Of a DNA stretch of 64,000 nt, positions 30,583 to 38,216 are shown in pieces. The stretch is taken from the IMG/VR virus record IMGVR_UViG_3300025809_001850; one strand, 5' to 3'. A program made the translations under genes and the position numbers. The stretch's first letter is position 1. Every line of letters starts with the position of its first letter. This DNA comes from a virus (taxonomy: Duplodnaviria > Caudoviricetes). The notes under the pieces were generated by a model. The model saw only the letters and a program-made list of their open reading frames with translations, did no database searches and was not told the origin of the DNA.

Positions 30583-31110
30583 ATGTCAAATAATAATATC
30601 TCCCTTGGACTTGATATAAGCTCAACCACTATAGGTTATTGCTTTTCCTCTTCTAAGAACAAAATAAACCAAGCAGGTTTTATAGCCGTTCATAAAGAAA
30701 TATCCATAAGAAGCAAGGCACATAAGGTTGCAGACGAATTGAAACAGATTCAACTGCAACCTTCTGATGTAATTGTAGAAGATTCATTGAGTGGGTTTGG
30801 TGGGGGTCGGACAAGTCAACAGACTATAGTCAAACTTGCCAAGTGCAATGCCATAATAAGTTATGTGGTAGAAGAGATGTATAATCTTGAGGTACAACAC
30901 GTAAATGTGTCTACTATGCGTAAATCTGTGTTTGGTAAAAGCAGAGAAAAAGGATTGGATAGTAAAATATTCGTAAAGAACAACTTAGATAATATGCTTG
31001 ATTTATCTGAATTTACCTTCTATAATAGTAGGCAGAATTATGATAAAAAAAACTATGATATGCTTGATGCCGTGGTGGCATCGTTGCACTATTGGTATTC
31101 GTTAAAGTAG
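30583..31110 (+). CDS. ruvC: RuvC-like Holliday junction resolvase
   Basis: LGLDISSTTIG, VIVEDS, KLAKCNAII, DMLDAVV acidic catalytic set. Confidence 0.85.
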   Translation: MSNNNISLGLDISSTTIGYCFSSSKNKINQAGFIAVHKEISIRSKAHKVADELKQIQLQPSDVIVEDSLSGFGGGRTSQQTIVKLAKCNAIISYVVEEMYNLEVQHVNVSTMRKSVFGKSREKGLDSKIFVKNNLDNMLDLSEFTFYNSRQNYDKKNYDMLDAVVASLHYWYSLK

Positions 31111-32036
31111 TGGGGGTTTCTGAACAAAAACTTCTTAATCTTTTACAAAAAATATTGGGAAGTGGCAAAGTCGTCTCTAAGGACGAGGTAATGTTTGTGT
31201 GTCCGTTTTCTCATCACAGAAAACCAAAACTGGCAGTAAACCTAACAACTCAACGGTGGCAAAGTTGGATTGATACAAATGCCAAAGGACGAAGTATTTA
31301 TTCATTATTTAAACGTCTGCAAGTTCCTGGTAACTATTTCACAGAACTTTCTAAAATTGTAAAACTTCCCAAGAACATAAAACCAGAAAATGCAGAAGAA
31401 CAATTTGTATCGTTGCCATATGAGTTTAAAAAACTAACCGAAACACATACCGAATTTGCATATAAGCAGGCCTTGGCATATCTTAAAAAAAGAAACATCG
31501 GTTCATATGATATAGAACGATACGACATGGGATATTGTGCAAACGGAGATTATGCAGGAAGAATAATAGTTCCCTCGTATGACGCAGATAATAAGTTGAA
31601 TTATTTTCTTGCTAGAGATTTTACCGGCAATGCGTATTTAAAATACAAAAACCCACCAGTTAGTAAAGATGTGGTTGTGTTTGAAAATCAAATAGATTTT
31701 TCTGAACCACTTGTTTTTTGTGAAGGTGTGTTTGATGCAATGGCCATTCGTAGAAATGCAATTGCACTGTTGGGAAAAAACATACCAAGTAAATTGAAAA
31801 TGCGACTGATAGAACACGGGGTAACTGAAGTTAGCATTGTATTGGATAACGATGCGTATAAAAACGCATTGGCAATGTCCGAGTCGTTGATGAACGATAA
31901 TATTAGAGTTAAGTTGATTAAAATGGGAAACGAAGATGCAGCGGACATTGGGTTTAATAAAATTATTCAAAGAATCAAGAGTGCAACTCTTCTTGATTTT
32001 GGTGAATTGATGAAGCAAAAATTATGCATGAATTAA
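31110..32036 (+). CDS. DNA primase (DnaG/gp61-like, TOPRIM) with degenerate zinc finger
   Basis: GRIIVPSYD..NYFLAR, KYKNPP, LVFCEGVFDAM, IVLDNDA. GTG 31110 abuts the ruvC stop (track start 31092). Confidence 0.9.
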   Translation: MGVSEQKLLNLLQKILGSGKVVSKDEVMFVCPFSHHRKPKLAVNLTTQRWQSWIDTNAKGRSIYSLFKRLQVPGNYFTELSKIVKLPKNIKPENAEEQFVSLPYEFKKLTETHTEFAYKQALAYLKKRNIGSYDIERYDMGYCANGDYAGRIIVPSYDADNKLNYFLARDFTGNAYLKYKNPPVSKDVVVFENQIDFSEPLVFCEGVFDAMAIRRNAIALLGKNIPSKLKMRLIEHGVTEVSIVLDNDAYKNALAMSESLMNDNIRVKLIKMGNEDAADIGFNKIIQRIKSATLLDFGELMKQKLCMN

Positions 32037-32728
32037 AATCGGATATAAAAAATGTTGAAAAAATATATCATTTAGCAGACATTCACATACGAAATATAAA
32101 ACGACACACCGAATATTCACAGGTGTTTGAAAACTTTTACGAACAGGTTAAAAAAGATAATCTTGATAATGCACTTATTTTCATTGGTGGGGACATTGCT
32201 CATGCCAAAACTGAAATGAGTCCAGAGTTGATAAAGCAAATATCCTCATTTTTACGTAGATGTTCAAAATTACACCCAACTCTCGTAATTGCAGGAAACC
32301 ACGATTGTAATTTAAATAATCCTGATCGGTTAGATGTGTTGTCTCCTATAATGGATATGATGGATGATGATAATTTGTTCTACTTAAAAAATAGTGGGGT
32401 TTATAAAATCGGAGATGTTGCAGTTGGTGTGTTTAGTATTTTAGATGATCCGGAAAATTATGTAGCAGGTCTAGACATAACAGATCCCGACATTAAAACT
32501 AAAATAGGAGTTTATCATGGTGCAGTAAAACGAAGCATGACTGACATAGGATATGTAGTTATGGGGGGTGACATTGAGTTACCTATGTTCAACGGATATG
32601 ACATCGTTATGTTAGGAGATATACACAAATATCAGGTGTTACAAGAATATCAATCGGAACATAGATTTATACCAGAACATAAAGTAGATGAATACAAATT
32701 AAAAGGTTGGTGTTTAAGTGATGACTAA
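32024..32728 (+). CDS. Mre11/SbcD/gp47-type nuclease, N-terminal fragment
   Basis: LADIHI, GGDIAH, AGNHD, YHGAV, LGDIHK motifs; stops before the conserved Y-x-GS strand. Confidence 0.9.
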   Translation: MHELKSDIKNVEKIYHLADIHIRNIKRHTEYSQVFENFYEQVKKDNLDNALIFIGGDIAHAKTEMSPELIKQISSFLRRCSKLHPTLVIAGNHDCNLNNPDRLDVLSPIMDMMDDDNLFYLKNSGVYKIGDVAVGVFSILDDPENYVAGLDITDPDIKTKIGVYHGAVKRSMTDIGYVVMGGDIELPMFNGYDIVMLGDIHKYQVLQEYQSEHRFIPEHKVDEYKLKGWCLSDD

Positions 32729-33656
32729 AATACTCATAAAATGCAGAAACATCCACATCGGTGATACATTGTTTGCAAGTAGTGTAGCAAAAAAACTCAA
32801 AGAACAAAATTCCGAATCTACAATTCACTATGATGTTACATTTTTGCAACCAATTGAGTTGCTGATGAACAACCCATACATTGATAGAGTTTACTATCGT
32901 GAAAGTTGTGAAACAGATTATGATGTAGTTTATCAACTGATGGGTGAGGATGTATCTGTGTTAAACCCGTATGAATCAGCAGTTTCTCAATTTCAACGAA
33001 TGTGTAATATAAAAAACTTTGACGATACCTTTGAAGTTTATACAAACAAACACCTTGATTATTCAATTAAACGGAGTATGGAGGAGTTAACTGAACTTAA
33101 AGAGTGGAATTCAGATTTAATAAAAGTCGGATATCAAATGGACTGGGAACGCAAAAGTTTTTTATTTACCGAACAAGAATATGATAGTGCAGTTGGTGGA
33201 GAAGATGGAACTGGATATGGAAATGGAAGCAGACAAATTTTTGATATTATCAATTGCCTAGAATCATCTCCTAAAATAATGTTGTTTGCACTTGGTTTGG
33301 AAGAAACTATATCAAAAAACTATCCTTGTTTAAATTCAACAAGTAAATTCTCGTTTACTGCAAGTTTAATGAAAAATTGTGATTATGTAATTGGAACAGA
33401 GGGTTGTTTGACAAACATCTCATCTGCTCTTGGAACACCCACCATTATTACAACCGACTATATCCATCAACTGTTTGGACCAAAAGGAATACATTGGCAA
33501 CAGTCGGGTGGAGATTTAAGCAACTTAGAAACAAGAAAACCCTTTTTGGGTCCTAATTCATATTTTCCAACCGGAAATCATGTTCACTTGAGTCCGTTTT
33601 TGACAGACGGTGAGGTGGGTAATCAAATAGAAAAAATCATTTTTAATGGAAACTAA
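32721..33656 (+). CDS. Glycosyltransferase, GT9 (heptosyltransferase)-like GT-B fold
   Basis: MTKILIK..HIGDTLFASSVAKKLK..IHY..LLMNNPYIDRV; VIGTEGCLTNISSALGTPTI. Confidence 0.75.
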   Translation: MTKILIKCRNIHIGDTLFASSVAKKLKEQNSESTIHYDVTFLQPIELLMNNPYIDRVYYRESCETDYDVVYQLMGEDVSVLNPYESAVSQFQRMCNIKNFDDTFEVYTNKHLDYSIKRSMEELTELKEWNSDLIKVGYQMDWERKSFLFTEQEYDSAVGGEDGTGYGNGSRQIFDIINCLESSPKIMLFALGLEETISKNYPCLNSTSKFSFTASLMKNCDYVIGTEGCLTNISSALGTPTIITTDYIHQLFGPKGIHWQQSGGDLSNLETRKPFLGPNSYFPTGNHVHLSPFLTDGEVGNQIEKIIFNGN

Positions 33657-36246
33657 AGAAGTATACGTAAAAGTAAAACGGCACAACGCAAATAAACCTG
33701 TCGTGGTTTATTCGGGAAGCATGATTCAACAAAATCACGGTGAAAAACCACATGGCCATGGTTATGTTTTGTGGGACATCCCCAGTCGGAAGCACACACA
33801 CCATGATGTTCACAACGACTATGGTTATTACACAATCGAAGTCCGTGACGGAAAATGCGTTAGTGATTTAGATAAACTCCCCAACAAAGCAAGACTTCGT
33901 GTAAAAGTTTATAATACAACTGCAACCGAAACAAAAGAAATAATTGCAGACATTCGTAGACGTACAAGTATAAGTGATTTGAATGTTACCCGATGTGATG
34001 CAATATCAGAAGCAAAGAAATTCGATAGAGACAACAAATTTGATTTCGGTGATATATCGTTAGTTCAGGTTCAGAATAATCTAATTGAAGATTATCTACG
34101 GCGTAACTTTGTCGTGGATGATGAGCAAATAAAAACTGCACTTGATATCAACAAAGAAGTAAACGAAAAACTTGTAATAAAGGAGACACTTAGAAATTGT
34201 ATTTGGAAACCAAAGAAATTTGAGTTTGGAAATATGTTCAGTTACGGAGATGGTAACGTTGTTGACTTTTCTAATATGAAAAGTGTTATGGGGTTGTTTG
34301 CATCAAATGCAAGTGGAAAAAGTAGTGTAATGAGTGCATTGAGTTTTTGTCTGTTTGATAAATGTGATAGAGCATTCAAAGCAGCTCATGTATTGAATAC
34401 ACAAACAGAATCTTTTTATTGTAAATTAAACTTTGAAATATCAGGAGTAAACTATTTCATAGACCGAACTGCAACTACCAAAAAGAATGGTGATGTAACC
34501 GTTGTAGTTGACTTTTGGAAGTTAGATGAAGATGGTCAACAACTATCATTAAACGGAGAACAACGAGCAGGAACCAACGCAGCTATTCGTGACCATGTAG
34601 GTTCATATGATGATTTTGTTTTAACTGCACTTAGTTTGCAAAACAATAATGCTATTTTTATAGATAAAAGTCAAAGTGAACGAAAAGATTTACTTGCTCA
34701 GTTTATGGGTATCGATACCTTTGATCAATTACATACAACTGCATCCGAGGACATCAAAGAAATTAATGCCTTATTAAAACGATTTAATCGTGACGATTTT
34801 GATAAAACTTTATCTGAAACCCAAGAAAATCTTGATGATGTTAAGAAACGATATTCTGAACAAGATAGTAAAACTAACATGGCACTACTTGAGCAAAAAC
34901 GATCCAACAAACAATTGGCAGATAAAAACTCTCAATTTAAGAATTGTTCTTTTGACGAATCATCGGTGGACATAGACAAACTTGAGTTTACTAAAAAGAA
35001 TCTACAAGAACGTTTGGTTGTGGCCAAAGAAAACCGAGACGCAGAATCCGAGAGAAAGGCACAATTAGCAACGAACCGAAAAAATAAATCAACCGAGTTA
35101 GTTAAATTGGATGGTACAGAAGAAAAGTATGTTAAAGTTCTAGCAATCCGTGAAGAAATAACAACAGTTGAAAAAGACTTAGCAGTTCTTCGTACATCTG
35201 TAAATGCTAAATTAGACAAACTCAAACACTATGATAGTCACGCATATGATCCTAAGTGTAAGTTTTGTGTAAACAATTCCAAAAATCTTATAGAAAGTGC
35301 TTCACAAACAAAAGAAGAACTTGATAAAGATAAAGCAGCTGCTGATGATCTGGTAACACAAAAAAATGAATTGTTGACGATACTAGATGAATATAAAGAT
35401 ATTGAATCTAATTATGAAAAACTGGGTGAGTTAAAATCCACCACAACTCAACTTACTTACGAAGTTAATGAAGCAGATTCTAAAGTTCTTGCGTTGTCAA
35501 GTATGATAGAGTCGTTGGATAAAGATGTGGTATTAAATGATAAAAATATTGAAGCATACTACGAATGTAAGGATATTATAGAGTTCAATAAAAAACTACA
35601 ATTGGAGGTGGATGCAATTCAGAACAAGTTAATCAGCATAAATAATTTAGCAAATATTGAAACTGAAAAACTACAAACTTTATTCGGAGAAGTAAAAATT
35701 GTTGAAAAGGAACACGAAGATATTGTTGCATCAATTGAAGAGGCAAAGGGATATGAACGAAAAAAACGTGGATATGAACTTTATTTAGATGCAGTAAAAC
35801 GAGATGGTATTTCATATGAACTTATTTCCAAAACAATTCCAAGTATAGAAAGTGAAGTTAATAATATTCTTTCTCAAATTGTTGATTTTGGTATGCAACT
35901 TGAAATGGACGGAAAACACATCTATTCAAAGATTACATATGAAGATCGTCATTGGCCATTAGAAATGTGCAGTGGAATGGAACGATTCATCAGCAGTATC
36001 GCAATGCGGGTAGCACTTATCAACGTAAGTAGTTTACCACGTTCTAATTTCCTTGTTATTGACGAAGGGTGGGGTTCGTTGGACGGAGACAACATAAGTA
36101 GTGTATTTAACCTGTTCACCTATTTAAAGGGGCAGTTTGAGTTCGTAATGGTTATTAGTCATTTGGACGTAATGAGAGATATGGTGGACGAAATTATTGA
36201 AATTCAAAAAGAGGGTTCTTTTAGTAAGATAAATTACGGAGCATAA
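33646..36246 (+). CDS. SbcD C-terminal fragment fused to Rad50/SbcC/gp46-type SMC ATPase
   Basis: N-terminal KPVVVYSGSMIQQNHGE..HGYVLWD; Walker A ASNASGKSS; zinc hook CKFC; signature CSGMERF; Walker B FLVIDEGWGSLD. Confidence 0.92.
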   Translation: METKEVYVKVKRHNANKPVVVYSGSMIQQNHGEKPHGHGYVLWDIPSRKHTHHDVHNDYGYYTIEVRDGKCVSDLDKLPNKARLRVKVYNTTATETKEIIADIRRRTSISDLNVTRCDAISEAKKFDRDNKFDFGDISLVQVQNNLIEDYLRRNFVVDDEQIKTALDINKEVNEKLVIKETLRNCIWKPKKFEFGNMFSYGDGNVVDFSNMKSVMGLFASNASGKSSVMSALSFCLFDKCDRAFKAAHVLNTQTESFYCKLNFEISGVNYFIDRTATTKKNGDVTVVVDFWKLDEDGQQLSLNGEQRAGTNAAIRDHVGSYDDFVLTALSLQNNNAIFIDKSQSERKDLLAQFMGIDTFDQLHTTASEDIKEINALLKRFNRDDFDKTLSETQENLDDVKKRYSEQDSKTNMALLEQKRSNKQLADKNSQFKNCSFDESSVDIDKLEFTKKNLQERLVVAKENRDAESERKAQLATNRKNKSTELVKLDGTEEKYVKVLAIREEITTVEKDLAVLRTSVNAKLDKLKHYDSHAYDPKCKFCVNNSKNLIESASQTKEELDKDKAAADDLVTQKNELLTILDEYKDIESNYEKLGELKSTTTQLTYEVNEADSKVLALSSMIESLDKDVVLNDKNIEAYYECKDIIEFNKKLQLEVDAIQNKLISINNLANIETEKLQTLFGEVKIVEKEHEDIVASIEEAKGYERKKRGYELYLDAVKRDGISYELISKTIPSIESEVNNILSQIVDFGMQLEMDGKHIYSKITYEDRHWPLEMCSGMERFISSIAMRVALINVSSLPRSNFLVIDEGWGSLDGDNISSVFNLFTYLKGQFEFVMVISHLDVMRDMVDEIIEIQKEGSFSKINYGA

Positions 36247-36261
36247 AACATATTTAGATAT

Positions 36262-36269
36262 ATATTTAT
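36262..36269 (+). promoter_or_regulatory. Putative late promoter ATATTTAT
   Basis: Intergenic; a second GTATTTAT overlaps ATG 36290. Confidence 0.6.
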
Positions 36270-36289
36270 TATGTACCTGACGTGTATTT

Positions 36290-37339
36290 ATGAGCAATTC
36301 CGAAGAAAATCAAGAAGTCCAAGAAGAAAGTCTTATCAAGGCTGGTCTTCGCAAAGGATATTTTACACTCGTTGAGGGTGTATATGATCCTGGTATTTTA
36401 AAAGCAGTATTTTTGGCAGGTGGTCCTGGTGCAGGTAAATCAGCAGTTGTAGATACCGTTTTTAATACAACACCCGAAGTAAAGTCATTAACTTCAACTG
36501 GATTAAAAATAGTAAATAGTGATAGTTCATTTGAGCATTTATTGAAAAAAGCAGGACATAGTTTAGATTTAGGTTCTTTAGACGATGATGTGTTTCAACA
36601 AATAACAAGTGATGATCCAAATTCAATTCGTTCACGTGCCAAGAACATTATGCTTAAACAATACGAGAATTACAAGAACGGTAGATTGGGTGTTATTGTT
36701 GATGGAACTGGTGATGATTATGCTAAGATATCAAAACAAAAGAAAGAGTTGGAAAAACTTGGATATGATTGTTATATGGTATTTGTTAATACAACACTTG
36801 AAGTTGCACAACAAAGAAATGCGTTTCGTGCAAGAAAACTTCCACGTAAAATTGTGGATGTTATATGGAAAGATGTTCAAAAGAATATGGGGAAATTCCA
36901 AAGTTCATTCAAGCAGAATTTTACGATTATTGATAACTCAGAAGATTTAAGAAGCAAAACAAAACCAGGAAAACTTAATCTTGCTCCTTTTATATTAAAA
37001 GCAACTGCAAAATTTATCGGAAAACCAATTCGCAATCCTATTGGTAAACAATGGATTACGTTAATGATGAAACATGATAGCATGACCAAAAGTGGAGATT
37101 CTAGAAATCGCATGAATGAGGATCTAGACATGGTTGATATGGAGGGTGTAATGTTACCTATGGACTTGGAACGGCATTTAAGTCGTTCTATATTTGTTAT
37201 TAAAAAATTTAAATTAAATGAAAGAAGAAATCTTGCGGTTTTATCTCGTCTGGTGGAGAGTTTGGAGTTAAACAGAAATCAAATGGTCAAGTATTTTCAT
37301 CACATTAGAACTTTGAAATTTAAAGGAGAGAAATCTTAA
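36290..37339 (+). CDS. P-loop kinase (zeta-toxin/AAA_33/PNK-like)
   Basis: AVFLAGGPGAGKS, IVNSD, GVIVDGTG, MVFVNTTLEVAQQRNAFRAR lid. Confidence 0.85.
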   Translation: MSNSEENQEVQEESLIKAGLRKGYFTLVEGVYDPGILKAVFLAGGPGAGKSAVVDTVFNTTPEVKSLTSTGLKIVNSDSSFEHLLKKAGHSLDLGSLDDDVFQQITSDDPNSIRSRAKNIMLKQYENYKNGRLGVIVDGTGDDYAKISKQKKELEKLGYDCYMVFVNTTLEVAQQRNAFRARKLPRKIVDVIWKDVQKNMGKFQSSFKQNFTIIDNSEDLRSKTKPGKLNLAPFILKATAKFIGKPIRNPIGKQWITLMMKHDSMTKSGDSRNRMNEDLDMVDMEGVMLPMDLERHLSRSIFVIKKFKLNERRNLAVLSRLVESLELNRNQMVKYFHHIRTLKFKGEKS

Positions 37340-37689
37340 TGTTTGATAAACTACTAGACGAACTTATTACCGAAGATAAGTTAGGAGAAATGTGGAGAAT
37401 AGAAATGGCTCCAAATCATGCTCGTTATAGTTTTTCATCATCAAAATCAGGAAATGAAAATTGGGCAAGAACCGTAGCAATTAAACTTACTCAAAAAGAA
37501 AAAGATGATTTTAAGTTCATTGGAATTTTTAGTGAAGGAGATTCTTCCGAAGGACCAATCGTAGACGGATACATATTTCATTGTACAGAAGAGTATTTAA
37601 ACAACGCACCTCATATGCATCGTGATAAAAAGAAGGCCTGTAAACGATATCTTAAAACAGGAAAAATAGAAGAATATTTAGAGGATTGA
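37339..37689 (+). CDS. Hypothetical protein
   Basis: TAATG-coupled ORF. Confidence 0.65.
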   Translation: MFDKLLDELITEDKLGEMWRIEMAPNHARYSFSSSKSGNENWARTVAIKLTQKEKDDFKFIGIFSEGDSSEGPIVDGYIFHCTEEYLNNAPHMHRDKKKACKRYLKTGKIEEYLED

Positions 37690-37691
37690 TA

Positions 37692-38216
37692 ATGAGCATC
37701 AAAGAATACAAACAATATAAAGACGATCCGTTTTGGATGAAGTCAAAGTATGATGGGGTCTCCGGTGAACAAAAATTACCTGTTCAACGAAGATTGCGTA
37801 AAGGTGAAGTAAAATTTAAGAAGGGTGATGAAATACTTTATTATCCAAAAGGAAAAGTAATATTAGTCGGAAAAAAAGCAGAACAAGCATATCGTGATTT
37901 TCAAGCAGCTGCATCTGATGAAGATTTTTATATGTCTCAATACGAGGAATCAAACATGAAAACAACAAATGAAGTAAAACTAACAAGTCCTGAATACAAG
38001 AAAGCTCTGAATTTTATGTCAAATATGCATTCTAGTATTTTGAAGGCAAAAGACAAAGTAATCAAGTTCTTACAAAGAAAGGGGTTTGACGAAATGGCTG
38101 ATGAACTTACAAAAATGTCAAAAGGTGAGTTTAATAAATTCGTTACCCAAAAGGTATACGAAAATAAACTAAGAAAGCATATTCGTTCTATTTTGTCTGA
38201 ATTGTTAGAGAAGTAA
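37692..38216 (+). CDS. Hypothetical protein (modular)
   Basis: Track start 37686; ATG 37692 follows the upstream stop. Confidence 0.65.
   Translation: MSIKEYKQYKDDPFWMKSKYDGVSGEQKLPVQRRLRKGEVKFKKGDEILYYPKGKVILVGKKAEQAYRDFQAAASDEDFYMSQYEESNMKTTNEVKLTSPEYKKALNFMSNMHSSILKAKDKVIKFLQRKGFDEMADELTKMSKGEFNKFVTQKVYENKLRKHIRSILSELLEK

Noticed and set aside
32721-32750. Similarity of GT start MTKILIKCRN to C-fragment tag TKEVYVKVKRHN
   Set aside because: MxKILI is the normal first beta-strand of GT9 proteins, so the resemblance needs no special explanation.
32721-33656. Self-splicing intron interrupting the nuclease
   Set aside because: The interval is entirely filled by a GT-like ORF overlapping both neighbours; no homing endonuclease/RT motif or recognisable group I/II core, and the C-fragment has its own ATG.
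32714-33687. Split-intein reading: N-fragment ends W-CLSDD and C-fragment has KRHN near its start
   Set aside because: Pieces of 5 and 14 aa are far too short for a HINT fold, and the residue after HN is Ala, not Cys/Ser/Thr.
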